This document shows, piece by piece, positions 16,273 to 27,233 of a stretch of 44,543 nucleotides of DNA (position 1 is its first letter; each line of letters begins with the position of its first letter). Position numbers and translations under genes: made by a program. This DNA is from an uncultured Clostridium sp. GTDB taxonomy: Bacteria > Bacillota > Clostridia > TANB77 > CAG-508. Below the pieces are notes generated by a model. The model saw nothing but the letters and a program-made list of their open reading frames with translations. It was not told the origin of the DNA and did no database searches. The DNA lies in assembly GCA_900556455.1 (NCBI GenBank), contig USOV01000002.1:1-44543 (forward strand), read 5' to 3'.

Positions 16273-18136
16273 ATTCTAGTTCAAATGCACCTGTATATAG
16301 TTCATAATATCTTCCTTTTTGTGCTATTAATTCGTCATGTTCTCCTCTTTCTATTATTCTTCCATTTTCTAGCACCATTATTGCTTTTGCATTTTGTATT
16401 GTAGATAATCTATGTGCTATTACAAATACTGTTCTTCCTTCCATTAGTTTATCCATACCATCTTGAACTAATTTTTCTGTACGAGTATCTATACTAGATG
16501 TTGCTTCATCTAATATCATTACTGGTGGGTCAGATATTGCTGCTCTTGCTATTGATAATAATTGTCTTTGCCCTTGAGATAAATTTGCTCCATTGGCTAC
16601 CACTTCTGTATCATATCCATTTGGTAGCCTCATTATAAAGTCATGTGCATTTGCAAGTTTTGCTGCATTTATTACTTCTTCATCTGTTGCATCTAATTTT
16701 CCGTATTTAATATTTTCTTTTATTGTTCCTGTAAAAAGATTAGTATCTTGAAGCACCATTCCAAGTGAACGTCTTAAATCATCCTTTTTGATTTTATTAA
16801 TATTTATTCCATCATATTTTATTTTTCCATCTTCTATGTCATAAAATCTATTAATTAAGTTTGTAATTGTTGTTTTTCCAGCCCCTGTTGCTCCTACAAA
16901 TGCTATTTTTTGCCCTGGTTTTGCATATAAAGAAACATCGTGTAAAACCATTTTGTCTGGCTCATATCCAAAGTCAACATCGAAGAATTCCACATGGCCT
17001 TTTAGTTCTTCATATGTTAATGTTCCATCTTTATGTGGATACTTCCAAGCCCATGTTCCTGTATGCTCTGGTACTTCTGTTAATACTCCATCTATATATT
17101 TTGCATTAACTAATGTTACATATCCATTATCTTGCTCTGGTTCTTCATCTATTAGTTTAAATATTCTTTCTGCACCAGCCAGTGCCATTATTATTGAATT
17201 TAATTGTTGAGCTACTTGTGATATTGGCATTGAAAAACTTCTACTTAGCTGTAGAAATGAAGCAATTATTCCTACTGTTACTCCTCCAAATCCTTTTAAA
17301 GCTAATGCTCCACCTATCATAGCAACTAGAACATATTGCAAATGTCCTAAGTTTCCCATAATAGGCATTAAAATATTTGCAAATATATTAGCCTTTGTTG
17401 ATGCCTCACATAATTCATTATTTATTTTATCAAATTCTTCTTTTGCTTCATCCTCATGGCAAAAAACTTTTACTACTTTTTGACCATTTATCATTTCCTC
17501 TATATAACCATTTTCTTTGGCAATTGATGCTTGTTGTTTTATAAAAAATCCTGATGCATTTCCTCCAACCTTTGATACTACAAATAACATTAATATTACA
17601 ACTGCTATAACTAAAATAGTCATATAAATATTTAAGTATACCATTGCGCAAAATACTGCTACAATTGTAATTACTGAAGATATTACATTTGGAAGACTTT
17701 GGGTTATCATTTGTTCTAATGTATCAGTATCATTTGTATAATAGCTCATAATTTCGCCATGTGTATGTGTATCAAAATATTTTATTGGTAACTGTTGCAT
17801 TTTAGAGAACATTTCATTTCTTATTTTTTTTAACACACCTTGAGATATATTAATCATTTTTCTATTATATATAAAACTTGCAAAAGTTCCTATTAAATAT
17901 ATTATGCCCATTATGCATATTACATTTAAAAGTCCTGTAAATACTGGGTTTTCTGTTCCAAGTAATGGTGTAATATAGTTATCTATTAAAATTTTTACGA
18001 ATAGTGAACCTGCAACTCCTGCAATTGAGCTTATTATAATGCATATTACTACCAATATTAGTGTTTTCTTGTAATCTGCAGTTATATATTTTAATAATCT
18101 TTTTAATGTATCTTTATTTATTTTTGGTTTCTCCAT
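16271..18136 (-). CDS. ABC exporter, fused permease/ATPase (heterodimeric multidrug type)
   Basis: Six-TM domain plus Walker A GATGAGKTT, signature LSQGQRQLL and Walker B ILDEATS. Confidence 0.9.
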   Translation of the reverse strand: MEKPKINKDTLKRLLKYITADYKKTLILVVICIIISSIAGVAGSLFVKILIDNYITPLLGTENPVFTGLLNVICIMGIIYLIGTFASFIYNRKMINISQGVLKKIRNEMFSKMQQLPIKYFDTHTHGEIMSYYTNDTDTLEQMITQSLPNVISSVITIVAVFCAMVYLNIYMTILVIAVVILMLFVVSKVGGNASGFFIKQQASIAKENGYIEEMINGQKVVKVFCHEDEAKEEFDKINNELCEASTKANIFANILMPIMGNLGHLQYVLVAMIGGALALKGFGGVTVGIIASFLQLSRSFSMPISQVAQQLNSIIMALAGAERIFKLIDEEPEQDNGYVTLVNAKYIDGVLTEVPEHTGTWAWKYPHKDGTLTYEELKGHVEFFDVDFGYEPDKMVLHDVSLYAKPGQKIAFVGATGAGKTTITNLINRFYDIEDGKIKYDGININKIKKDDLRRSLGMVLQDTNLFTGTIKENIKYGKLDATDEEVINAAKLANAHDFIMRLPNGYDTEVVANGANLSQGQRQLLSIARAAISDPPVMILDEATSSIDTRTEKLVQDGMDKLMEGRTVFVIAHRLSTIQNAKAIMVLENGRIIERGEHDELIAQKGRYYELYTGAFELE

Positions 18137-19866
18137 TACTCTTCATCTCCTTTTCTTTGAGATGTGTATACTTCTTTATATATATCATTTGTCTTCATTA
18201 ATTCTTCATGTGTTCCTATTCCATTTATTGTTCCACCATCTAAAACAATTATTTTATCTGCCTCTTTTACAGAGTCAATTCTTTGTGCAATAATTATTTT
18301 AGTTGTGTTTGGAATTTCTTCTTTAAAAGCCTTTCTAATTAACTTATCAGTTTTTGTATCTACTGCACTTGTTGAATCATCTAAAATTAATATTTTTGGT
18401 TTTTTTAGTAATGCTCTTGCAATACATAAACGTTGCTTTTGTCCACCAGATACATTAGTTCCACCTTGTTCTATATATGTGTCATACTTTTTAGGGAATT
18501 CATTTATAAAACCATCTGCTTGAGCAAGTTTACATACTCTTACCATTTCTTCATCAGTTGCCTCTTTATTTCCCCAACGCAAGTTTTCTTTTATAGTTCC
18601 AGAAAATAGAACATTTTTCTGAAGTACTATTGCTACTTCATTTCTTAATGTTTCTATATCGTAGTCTCTTACATCTATTCCACCAACTTTAACTGTTCCT
18701 GTTGTTGTATCATATAATCTTGGTATAAGCTGAATAAGTGTAGTTTTAGAGCTTCCTGTTCCTCCAATAATTCCTATTGTTTCTCCTTCATTAATTTTAA
18801 GATTAATATTCTTTAAACAAGTCTTATCTTTATTTCCTACATAGCTAAAATTAACATTGTTAAATTCTATACTACCATTTTTTACTTCTTTTATTGGATT
18901 TCCATTGTTTTTAAGTGCTGGTTCTTCATTTAATATTTCTACAATTCTTTCTGCTGATGCCATAGATATTGTAAGCATTACTAGTACAACAGAAATCATC
19001 ATTAAACTAGTAAGAATTTGCATAGCATATGTAATTAAACTCATTAATTCTCCAGTAGTTAGCGTTCCAGGACCTACTATTAATTTTGCACCAAACCACG
19101 ATACTAATAAAAGTCCTGCATAAGATACTAATTGCATTAGTGGAGAATTATATGCAATTATTTTTTCTGCTTTAGAAAAATTTTTATATATGCTTTGAGA
19201 AACCTCTCCAAATTTTTCTTTTTCTTCTTCCTCTAAAACATAAGATTTTACTACTCTAATTCCTCTAACATTTTCTTGAACTACATTATTTAATTTATCA
19301 TATGTTTTAAATAATTTTTCAAATATTGGATATGCATGTGTAGCTATAAAATAAAGTCCAATAGCAAGGACTGGTGCTAGTGCTAAAAATATTAAAGATA
19401 ATTTTACATTTATTGTAAATGACATTATAAATGCAAAAATTAATGTTAATGGTGCTCTGAATGTAATTCTGGTAAGCATTTGGTAGCTTTGTTGAACATG
19501 TGTTACATCTGTTGTCATTCTTGTGATAATACTTGCTGTCGAAAATTTATCTATATTTTCAAATGAATAGTCTTGTACTTTATAATACATGTCATGCCTC
19601 AAATTTTTAGCAAATCCTGTTGATGCTGTCGCTGCAAATTTTCCTGCAAGTGCTCCAAATATTAACGAAAATGTAACTAATACAAGTAATAATAGTCCTA
19701 ATTTATATATTAAAGGCAAGTTATTTCCGTAAATTCCATAGTCCACCAATTTTGCCATTACAAAAGGAATTAGAATTTCCATTATTACTTCTAATGCAAC
19801 AAGTATTGGTGTAAGAATCGTTTGTTTTTTATATTCTCTAATTGATTTTGCAAGTGTTTTAATCAT
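18136..19866 (-). CDS. ABC exporter, fused permease/ATPase (partner subunit)
   Basis: GGTGSSKTT, VSGGQKQRL, ILDDSTSAVD. Translationally coupled to the downstream subunit. Confidence 0.9.
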   Translation of the reverse strand: MIKTLAKSIREYKKQTILTPILVALEVIMEILIPFVMAKLVDYGIYGNNLPLIYKLGLLLLVLVTFSLIFGALAGKFAATASTGFAKNLRHDMYYKVQDYSFENIDKFSTASIITRMTTDVTHVQQSYQMLTRITFRAPLTLIFAFIMSFTINVKLSLIFLALAPVLAIGLYFIATHAYPIFEKLFKTYDKLNNVVQENVRGIRVVKSYVLEEEEKEKFGEVSQSIYKNFSKAEKIIAYNSPLMQLVSYAGLLLVSWFGAKLIVGPGTLTTGELMSLITYAMQILTSLMMISVVLVMLTISMASAERIVEILNEEPALKNNGNPIKEVKNGSIEFNNVNFSYVGNKDKTCLKNINLKINEGETIGIIGGTGSSKTTLIQLIPRLYDTTTGTVKVGGIDVRDYDIETLRNEVAIVLQKNVLFSGTIKENLRWGNKEATDEEMVRVCKLAQADGFINEFPKKYDTYIEQGGTNVSGGQKQRLCIARALLKKPKILILDDSTSAVDTKTDKLIRKAFKEEIPNTTKIIIAQRIDSVKEADKIIVLDGGTINGIGTHEELMKTNDIYKEVYTSQRKGDEE

Positions 19867-19945
19867 ACGTCAAATCTCCTTTCATTTTTTAGACATTAGT
19901 ATATTTTACAACAAATTTTAAATACATTCAAGTTTTTTTACCAAC

Positions 19946-19976
19946 ATAAAAGCACCTTATAAGCAGGTGCTTTTAT
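19946..19976 (-). terminator. Terminator after the ZIP transporter gene
   Basis: AAAAGCACCTG-CTTATA-AGGTGCTTTT hairpin. Confidence 0.65.
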
Positions 19977-19985
19977 AAATAATTA

Positions 19986-20792
19986 TTAACCTAATGCAAC
20001 ATCTAATACCATCATTATAATAAATCCAGCAATTAATCCGAAAGTAGATAGATTTTTATTTTCTCTTACAGATTCTGGTAGTAATTCTCTTGCTGCTACT
20101 ACAATCATTGCCCCTGCTGCAAATGCTAGTAAAAGTGGTAGCACGCTTCTTATATACATTACTAATATGGCCCCTATAACAGCTGCCACAGGTTCAACTA
20201 ATGCTGATGATTGACCTATCATAAAGCTTTTAAATCTTGAATATCCTTCGCTTCTTAATGGGAGAGCAACTGCCGCACCTTCTGGAAAGTTCTGGATTCC
20301 AATGCCTATTGCCAGCATAACTGCTCCAATTACTGTCATTCCTGGTACTCCACTTGCTATTCCTCCAAATGCTACTCCTATAGCCATGCCTTCTGGTATA
20401 TTGTGAATTGTTATTGCTGATATTAAAAGTATACTTCTTTTAAGTGAATCTGCACTTCTAAGTTTTTTCTTGTTTTTTAATACTCTATCTAAGAATTTAT
20501 CAGATAATAGAACAAATAATCCTCCAACAATAAATCCTATTGTTGGTAATAGCCATTCTATGTATCCAAGTTCACAAGACAAATCCAATGCAGGAGAAAG
20601 CAATGACCAAAATGAAGCTGCAATCATTACACCTGCACTAAAGCCTAAAACAGTATCTAATGCTTTTCTATTCATTTCTTTAAAAAAGCAAACCACAAGT
20701 GCTCCTAATGCTGTTATTCCCCATGTAAATGTTGTTGCAATTAATGTTTGAATTACTGGATTTAAATTTTCGAACCAAGTCAAATTATTCAC
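19986..20792 (-). CDS. ZIP-family divalent metal transporter
   Basis: Multi-TM protein with the HNIPEGMAIG and QNFPEGAAVA motifs. Confidence 0.85.
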   Translation of the reverse strand: MNNLTWFENLNPVIQTLIATTFTWGITALGALVVCFFKEMNRKALDTVLGFSAGVMIAASFWSLLSPALDLSCELGYIEWLLPTIGFIVGGLFVLLSDKFLDRVLKNKKKLRSADSLKRSILLISAITIHNIPEGMAIGVAFGGIASGVPGMTVIGAVMLAIGIGIQNFPEGAAVALPLRSEGYSRFKSFMIGQSSALVEPVAAVIGAILVMYIRSVLPLLLAFAAGAMIVVAARELLPESVRENKNLSTFGLIAGFIIMMVLDVALG

Positions 20793-20847
20793 CTCGTATT
20801 ACATAATATGACTATATTTTCATTTTGTTACACGAGGTTGTCTGCAA

Positions 20848-22101
20848 TTAATATGTTCCAAAAGTTTCTAGTATCCCTTTAGCTGCCTTTTTACCTGCAG
20901 CTATTGCTCTACATACTGTTGATTTATTTTCTGTTAAATCTCCTCCTGCATATACCTTGTCTATGTTAGTTTTTCCATTTTCATCAATCACTACTAAGCC
21001 TTTTTCTAAGGCTATTCCTTCGTTTTCTAGTAATTGTTTTTCTGGTGATAAGCCTATTGCGAAAATAAATGTGTTTACTTTCATATTGTAATTTGTACCA
21101 CTTAAATCCACTGCTTTTCCATCAATTACTTCTGTTTTTATACATTCAATTTCTGTTATATGCCCATTTTTTCCTTTTGCGCTAATAACCTTTGTACATG
21201 GTATTATTTCTACTTTATCCTCTATAGCATCTTGTATTTCTATTTTTCTTGCTGGCATATTTTCTATACCTCTTCTATATAGAATTGATACTTTGCTTGC
21301 GCCCATTCTTACAGCACTTCTTGCACAGTCCATTGCAACGTTTCCGCCACCTATTACAACTGTTTTACCTAAATCATCTATATCTCTCCCTTGATTATAT
21401 TCTTTTAAAAAATAATCAGATTCATAAATACCTTCTAATTTTTCATTACATAATGAATAAGTTGTAGGACTTCCTGCACCAATTCCCAAAAATATTGCTT
21501 CATATCCTTGTTTTTTTAATTCTTCTATGTTTATATCTTTTCCAAATTCACAATTTAATTTTACTTCTATTCCTAAATTTAATATTGTATTAATTGTGTC
21601 ATTTAAGTCATTTTTATTTAATCTATATGGTGGTATACCATATCTTAAAATACCACCTAATTCATTTTCTTTTTCAAATATTGTTACATTTGTTCCTTCT
21701 TTTGCAAGTTCAAATGCACATGATAAAGATGCAGGGCCAGAACCAATTACTGCCACAGAATGCTTATTCTTATCTTTGGGCTTAATATGATATTTTATTG
21801 AATTGTTTTCTGCATATTTGTTAACCCAATGCTCCAATTTTCCGATTTCTACTGGATTACTTCTAATTCCTCTTGTGCAGCTTCCTTCACATTGGTCTTC
21901 TTGTGGGCAAATAGCGCTACATATTGAACTAAAAATATTATTATCCATTAAAATTTTATATGCTTCTTCCATATTCTCTTCTTTTAATTTTTCAATAAAA
22001 GAAGGTATACTGGTTTGCATAGGGCACGCCTTCTGGCATGGCTTATTCTTACAATTTAAACAATATTTTGCTTTTTCTTGAATTATTTCAACTGGCTCCA
22101 T
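20848..22101 (-). CDS. GltD-like NAD(P)H-dependent Fe-S/FAD oxidoreductase
   Basis: N-terminal Cys clusters (CLNCKNKPCQKACP), dinucleotide fold VAVIGSGPASLSCA and a second GGGNVAMDCA. Confidence 0.75.
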   Translation of the reverse strand: MEPVEIIQEKAKYCLNCKNKPCQKACPMQTSIPSFIEKLKEENMEEAYKILMDNNIFSSICSAICPQEDQCEGSCTRGIRSNPVEIGKLEHWVNKYAENNSIKYHIKPKDKNKHSVAVIGSGPASLSCAFELAKEGTNVTIFEKENELGGILRYGIPPYRLNKNDLNDTINTILNLGIEVKLNCEFGKDINIEELKKQGYEAIFLGIGAGSPTTYSLCNEKLEGIYESDYFLKEYNQGRDIDDLGKTVVIGGGNVAMDCARSAVRMGASKVSILYRRGIENMPARKIEIQDAIEDKVEIIPCTKVISAKGKNGHITEIECIKTEVIDGKAVDLSGTNYNMKVNTFIFAIGLSPEKQLLENEGIALEKGLVVIDENGKTNIDKVYAGGDLTENKSTVCRAIAAGKKAAKGILETFGTY

Positions 22102-22133
22102 TCTTTTCTCCTATCTTAACGTATATAAAGTAT

Positions 22134-22706
22134 TTATATAAATATCCCTTTTTCTATATTTTGTGAATTGTTATATTTTTCAAATGAACGTATTCCTTTG
22201 TATTTTTCTATTTCTACTGCACTTTTTTGTGCTAAAGATTTTGGCATATCCAATATTCTTTGATTTTTTGAACCTTTAAAATATAAGTTTAAACTTTTTT
22301 CTTCTAATACAAATTTTCCATCTACTAATACATCTATATTTTCTAATAGTTCTCTTAATTTTGAATTTTTCTCCGATGTTTTTAGTAATTCTTCAAAGGT
22401 GAATCCTGTATAACACCATACATTTAATCCATTTTCTTTACAAAATTTTGCAATTTGTGCTGATGCTTCTGGTTGAAACATTGGATCTCCTCCAGATAAA
22501 GTTATTCCATCTTGGTTTTTTACACTGAGGATTTGTTTTTCTAAATCCTCAATGTCTACTAAAAATCCGCCTTCAAAGCTATGTGTTTCTGGATTATGGC
22601 ACCCATTACAATTATGTGAGCAGCCTTGTGTCCATATTACTGTTCTTATTCCTTCGCCATCAACTATACTATCTGTTTGTATTTCAGCAGCTAATCTAAT
22701 TTTCAT
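22134..22706 (-). CDS. nrdG: Anaerobic RNR activating protein (radical SAM), copy 1
   Basis: CSHNCNGCHN radical-SAM cluster and the GITLSGGDP motif. Coupled to nrdD. Confidence 0.9.
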   Translation of the reverse strand: MKIRLAAEIQTDSIVDGEGIRTVIWTQGCSHNCNGCHNPETHSFEGGFLVDIEDLEKQILSVKNQDGITLSGGDPMFQPEASAQIAKFCKENGLNVWCYTGFTFEELLKTSEKNSKLRELLENIDVLVDGKFVLEEKSLNLYFKGSKNQRILDMPKSLAQKSAVEIEKYKGIRSFEKYNNSQNIEKGIFI

Positions 22707-25063
22707 TATATTTTATGTTTAACCCTATCCCTTTCTTCACATTTTTTACCATTATTAAATCTATCTAATGTTCCAACTAAATAACCTGTTATTCTTCTTA
22801 TTCTTTCAAATTTAACATCATCTTCATGTCTTCCACATCCTGGGCATACATCTCCAATTACTCCTGTAAATCCACATACAGGGTCTCTATCTACTGGGTG
22901 GTTTACTGCTCCATAACCAATTCCTGCTTCTTTCATTATTCTAATTACTTTTTCAAATGCTTCTACATTTTCTGTGGTGTCTCCATCTAATTCTATGTAT
23001 GAAATATGTCCTGCATTTGTAAGTGCATGATATGGTGCTTCTGTTTTTATTTTATGTTCTACTGTTGTTTTATAATATACAGGCACATGGAATGAATTTG
23101 TATAATATTCTCTATCTGTAATACCTTTTATTTTTCCATATATTGCTTTATCCATGGCTGTAAATCTTCCAGATAATCCTTCTGCTGGTGTTGCAAGTAA
23201 TGTGAAGTTAAGATTATATTTTTCAGAGTACTCGTCCATTTTCTTTCTCATAAAGCCTATTATTTCTAGTCCTAATTTTTGTGCTTCTTCACTTTCTCCA
23301 TGATGCTTACCTGTTAATGCTTTTAAACATTCTGCAAGGCCTATAAATCCTACAGACAGTGTTCCGTGTTTATAAATTTTACGTAATTTATCTCCTGGTT
23401 TTAGTTTTTCACTGTCTAGCCAAACTCCTTGTCCTAGAAGGAATGGGAAATTGTATATTCTTTTATTACATTGTATTTCAAATCTTTCTAATAATTGGTC
23501 TTTTACTAGTTCTAGCTTTTCTTCTAATTCTTTGTAAAATCCTTCTATATCAGCTTTTTCGCCATTTACAATACCATGTTTAATTCCAAGTCTTGGTAAG
23601 TTAATTGATGTAAATGATAGATTTCCTCTTCCTGCTGTCACTGCTTTATTTGGGTCTACATGATTTCCAAGCACCCTTGTTCTACATCCCATATATGCAA
23701 CCTCTGTATTATAATCTTCTGGATTATAATATTCTAAGTTAAATGGTGCATCTATAAAAGAAAAATTAGGGAATAATCTTTTTGCAGAAACTTTGCAAGC
23801 AAGTTTAAATAAATCATAGTTTTTATCTTCTGGATTATAGTTTACTCCTTCTTTTATTTTAAATATTGAAATTGGGAATATTGGTGTTTCTCCTTTTCCT
23901 AAACCTTCTTCAGTTGCAAGTAAAAAATTCTTTATAACCATTCTTCCTTCAGGGCTTGTATCTGTTCCAAAGTTTACAGATGAAAATGGAACTTGTGCTC
24001 CTGCTCTTGAATGCATTGTGTTCAAATTATGTATAAAAGCCTCCATCGCTTGGTATGTAATTCTATTTGTTTTTTCTAAAGCTTTTTCATAAGATAATCT
24101 AAACATTCTTTTTAAATTTTCAGCATCTCTACAATATGCATCAAAAATAGAAATATCAAATTCTATACTTGTTAATTTATCTATTTCTCTTGTTATTCCA
24201 TTAATTGCAATAAATTTTATATAATCTGTTAACTCTAAAAAGTCGTATACAGTTTGTTTGAATTGTTTTTTAAAAGTTTTTAATACTCCTGGTGCCATAT
24301 AATAGTCAAATGCTGGTATACTTTGTCCACCATGTTGGTCATTTTGATTAGATTGAATTGCAATTGCTGCAAGTGCTGAATATGACATTATATCATTTGG
24401 TTCTCTTAAAAATCCATGTCCAGTTGAAAATCCATCTGTATATAATTTATTTAAATCTATTTGGCAACAAGTTGTTGTTCCCATTGGTAAAAAGTCCATA
24501 TCATGAATATGGATATCTCCACTCTCATGAGCTTCTGCAAATTTTCTTTTCATTAGATATGATTTTGCAAATTCTTTTGAAACTGTACTACCATATTGTA
24601 GCATTGTTCCCATTGCTGTATCTCCATCTATATTTGCATTTTCTCTTTTTGCATCTTCTTCATGTGCTGATTTTAGTCCTAAGTTTTCTAATGCTTTTAA
24701 AAATTTATGCTGTTTTTTCTCGTCAAAAAATACTTGTCTTGATTGTGTTCTTCTTTCTCTATATGCTTTAAATGATTCATAAACATCTTCATATCCATTT
24801 AACTTTAATTGTTCTTCAATTAAGTCTTGAATTTCTTCAATTTTAATTTTTTCTTTTTCTGATTTTTCAATTTTTTCTATAACTTTATTATAAATTTTGT
24901 ATATGTCTTTATCAATATACTTGTGTGTTTCTTCATCTTCAGTATAAACACTGTCAAATCCTTTTTTTATTGCAAGTGCAATCTTGCTACCATCGAAGTT
25001 TACTCGTTTTCCGTCTCTTTTTATTACTACAATATCAATATTTTTTTCTAAATTATCTTGCAT
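22706..25063 (-). CDS. nrdD: Anaerobic ribonucleoside-triphosphate reductase (class III), copy 1
   Basis: 785 aa with an ATP-cone N-terminus, a C-terminal Zn-ribbon CGFTGVIGDVCPGCG and the glycyl-radical motif RRITGYLVGT. Confidence 0.95.
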   Translation of the reverse strand: MQDNLEKNIDIVVIKRDGKRVNFDGSKIALAIKKGFDSVYTEDEETHKYIDKDIYKIYNKVIEKIEKSEKEKIKIEEIQDLIEEQLKLNGYEDVYESFKAYRERRTQSRQVFFDEKKQHKFLKALENLGLKSAHEEDAKRENANIDGDTAMGTMLQYGSTVSKEFAKSYLMKRKFAEAHESGDIHIHDMDFLPMGTTTCCQIDLNKLYTDGFSTGHGFLREPNDIMSYSALAAIAIQSNQNDQHGGQSIPAFDYYMAPGVLKTFKKQFKQTVYDFLELTDYIKFIAINGITREIDKLTSIEFDISIFDAYCRDAENLKRMFRLSYEKALEKTNRITYQAMEAFIHNLNTMHSRAGAQVPFSSVNFGTDTSPEGRMVIKNFLLATEEGLGKGETPIFPISIFKIKEGVNYNPEDKNYDLFKLACKVSAKRLFPNFSFIDAPFNLEYYNPEDYNTEVAYMGCRTRVLGNHVDPNKAVTAGRGNLSFTSINLPRLGIKHGIVNGEKADIEGFYKELEEKLELVKDQLLERFEIQCNKRIYNFPFLLGQGVWLDSEKLKPGDKLRKIYKHGTLSVGFIGLAECLKALTGKHHGESEEAQKLGLEIIGFMRKKMDEYSEKYNLNFTLLATPAEGLSGRFTAMDKAIYGKIKGITDREYYTNSFHVPVYYKTTVEHKIKTEAPYHALTNAGHISYIELDGDTTENVEAFEKVIRIMKEAGIGYGAVNHPVDRDPVCGFTGVIGDVCPGCGRHEDDVKFERIRRITGYLVGTLDRFNNGKKCEERDRVKHKI

Positions 25064-25097
25064 TATTTACCTCCAATTTTACTTTTTTTGTAAAATG

Positions 25098-25127
25098 ATT
25101 ATATATTTAACTTCATTCCCGTGTCAA
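25098..25127 (-). promoter_or_regulatory. Sigma-A type promoter of nrdD-nrdG copy 1
   Basis: Minus-strand TTGACA, 18-nt spacer, TATAAT. Confidence 0.55.
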
Positions 25128-25211
25128 TATTTTTTTGCAAAAAATTCATACTTTTGAAAAAATGTTTTTTTACAAAAGTACTATTTTTATTTAAAAATAT
25201 TTAAGTGCAAA

Positions 25212-25246
25212 ATAAAAGAACGAGGAAAAAATTCTCGTTCTTTTAT
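25212..25246 (-). terminator. Terminator after rny
   Basis: AAAAGAACGAG-AATTTTTTC-CTCGTTCTTTT followed by ATTTT. Confidence 0.75.
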
Positions 25247-25250
25247 TTTT

Positions 25251-26789
25251 TTATTTTGCATAATCTATTGCTCTGGTTTCTCTTATTACATTTACTTTTA
25301 TTTGTCCAGGATATTCCATTTCATCTTCTACTCTTTTTGCTACATCTCTTGCCATTACTACCATTTGAGCATCTGAAATTTTTTCTGGTTTTACAACAAG
25401 TCTTATTTCACGTCCTGCTTGTACTGCATAAGATTTATCAACACCTTCAAATGAATCTGCAATCTCTTCTAGTTTTTCTAATCTCTTAATATATGCTTCT
25501 AATGTTTCTCTTCTTGCTCCTGGTCTTGATGCTGATATTGCATCTGCTGCTTGTACTAATACAGCTTCTATTGTTTTAGGCTCTACATCACCGTGATGTG
25601 CTTGTACTGCATTTATTACTAAATCATTTTCTTTGTATTTTTTAAGAACATCCACACCTATTTCTACGTGTGTTCCTTCCATATCGTGATCTAGTGCTTT
25701 ACCAATATCGTGCAATAATCCAGCTCTACGAGCAATTTTAGGGTCTAAGCCTAATTCTTCTGCCATTATTCTTGCTAAATTAGAAACTTCAATAGAGTGA
25801 TTTAAAACATTTTGTCCATAGCTTGTTCTGTATTTTAGTTTTCCTATTAATCTAACTAAATCAGGGTGTAGTCCATGAACTCCTGTTTCAAGTACAGCTC
25901 TTTCTCCTTCTTCTTTTATGATTTCTTCTACTTCTTCCTTAGCCTTTTCAACCATTTCTTCTATTTTGGCTGGATGAATTCTTCCATCTTCAATAAGCTT
26001 CTCAAGTGCTATTCTTGCCACTTCTCTTCTTAATGGGTCAAATCCTGATAAAATAACTGCTTCAGGAGTATCATCAATTATTAAATCTATTCCTGTTAAT
26101 GTTTCTAATGTTTTGATGTTTCTTCCTTCTCTTCCTATTATTCTACCTTTCATATCATCATTTGGTAGTGAAACTACAGATACCGTTGTTTCAGAAGTGT
26201 GGTCTGCTGCACATTTTTGAATAGTATAACCTAAAATTTCCTTGGCTTTCTTATTTGCAGTTTCTTTTATTTGTTTTTCTGCCTCTTTAATCAAAGTTGC
26301 CTTTTCCTCTGTCAATTTAGAGTCTAATTTGTCTAGTAAAATTCTTTTTGCCTCGTCTGTTGGCAATCCAGAAATTTTTTGTAGTTCTTGCATTTGGTCG
26401 TTATATATTTCCTCCAAATTTTTCTTTTTCTTGTCTACCTCTTGTATTGTTCTTTCTAAGTCTCTTTCTCTTCTTTCAAAATTTTCTGCTCTTCTTTCTA
26501 AGTTTTCTTCTTTCTGGAAGTTTCTTTTTTCTTGTAGTTGTACTTCGCCTCTTCTTTCTTTTATCTCTTCATCTAAATCATTTCTTATTTGTAATATTTC
26601 TTCCTTTGCTTTTAAAAGTTCTTCTTTCTTTGCATTTTCAGCTTCTTTTTTTGCATTTTCAAGAATTCGAGAAGCTTCACTTTCTGCTCCTCTTATTTTA
26701 GATTCAGCTGTTTTTTTTCTTATTATCATTCCTACTGGAATGCATACAGCTGTTGAGATAAGAAAGGTGACTACTATTGCTATTACCAT
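25251..26789 (-). CDS. rny: Ribonuclease Y
   Basis: N-terminal TM helix, KE-rich coiled coil, KH domain ([12 protein letters not shown]) and HD domain (LLHDIGKA). Confidence 0.95.
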   Translation of the reverse strand: MVIAIVVTFLISTAVCIPVGMIIRKKTAESKIRGAESEASRILENAKKEAENAKKEELLKAKEEILQIRNDLDEEIKERRGEVQLQEKRNFQKEENLERRAENFERRERDLERTIQEVDKKKKNLEEIYNDQMQELQKISGLPTDEAKRILLDKLDSKLTEEKATLIKEAEKQIKETANKKAKEILGYTIQKCAADHTSETTVSVVSLPNDDMKGRIIGREGRNIKTLETLTGIDLIIDDTPEAVILSGFDPLRREVARIALEKLIEDGRIHPAKIEEMVEKAKEEVEEIIKEEGERAVLETGVHGLHPDLVRLIGKLKYRTSYGQNVLNHSIEVSNLARIMAEELGLDPKIARRAGLLHDIGKALDHDMEGTHVEIGVDVLKKYKENDLVINAVQAHHGDVEPKTIEAVLVQAADAISASRPGARRETLEAYIKRLEKLEEIADSFEGVDKSYAVQAGREIRLVVKPEKISDAQMVVMARDVAKRVEDEMEYPGQIKVNVIRETRAIDYAK

Positions 26790-26931
26790 AAATAATGCAC
26801 CTCTTTCTATTAAATTTTCAATGTTCAGATTATATATATTATCAATTTAAATATTTATAATTTCTGTACTATTATATTTTACCTTTTATCTTGTAAGTTG
26901 TCAAGGATTTTTTCTTGATTACTAAAAGAAT

Positions 26932-26976
26932 TGGATATTAAAAGAGTTCCAAAACAGCTTACGCTGTTTGGAACTC
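26932..26976 (-). terminator. Strong terminator of the GC-rich mini-transcription unit
   Basis: GAGTTCCAAACAGC-GTAA-GCTGTTTTGGAACTC followed by TTTTAAT. Confidence 0.8.
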
Positions 26977-26990
26977 CTGCTTTGGAGTTG

Positions 26991-27182
26991 TTAGAAGTGG
27001 GAGCTGAGCTCCTCTTCTCTAACATGTTTCGTCTCGACTGTTGGATTGTCAATCTGCTCTCCTTCGTGATAACGGGGATTTGCGAAACGCTCACGCGCTT
27101 CTACCGAAGCCGCTCCGCGGTTGTCGCCACCGGAACACCAATGATTGCCATTCAATACGGGAGCATTTTCCTTTTTAGTCAT
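26991..27182 (-). CDS. GC-rich 63-codon ORF (MTKKENAPVLNGNHWCSGGDNRGAASVEARERFANPRYHEGEQIDNPTVETKHVREEELSSHF); could instead be a structured sRNA
   Basis: RBS GGAGGAAGAAATC then ATG, with its own promoter and terminator. About half the third codon positions are G/C, against far fewer in neighbouring genes. I do not recognise the family. All frames are open here because of the GC content. Confidence 0.4.
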   Translation of the reverse strand: MTKKENAPVLNGNHWCSGGDNRGAASVEARERFANPRYHEGEQIDNPTVETKHVREEELSSHF

Positions 27183-27233
27183 GATTTCTTCCTCCAAAAA
27201 ATATTTTAGGTTTCCTCTCGGAAATCTATTTAA

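Noticed and set aside
25064-25250. NrdR boxes or a cobalamin riboswitch upstream of either nrdD copy.
   Set aside because: The palindromes present (TGTAATATTACA and TACTTTTG...CAAAAGTA) do not match the NrdR-box consensus as I recall it. The leaders are too A-rich and lack a B12 box.
26879-27209. The overlapping tracked ORFs 26879..27094 (minus strand) and 26931..27209 (plus strand) in the GC-rich island. A riboswitch, T-box or SRP RNA identity was also considered for the island.
   Set aside because: The extra ORFs lack an RBS and arise because stop codons are scarce in GC-rich sequence. The GGTGG...ACCGCG resemblance to a T-box is interrupted. No SRP (GGAAGGAAGCAGC), glycine, FMN or c-di-GMP core motifs are present.
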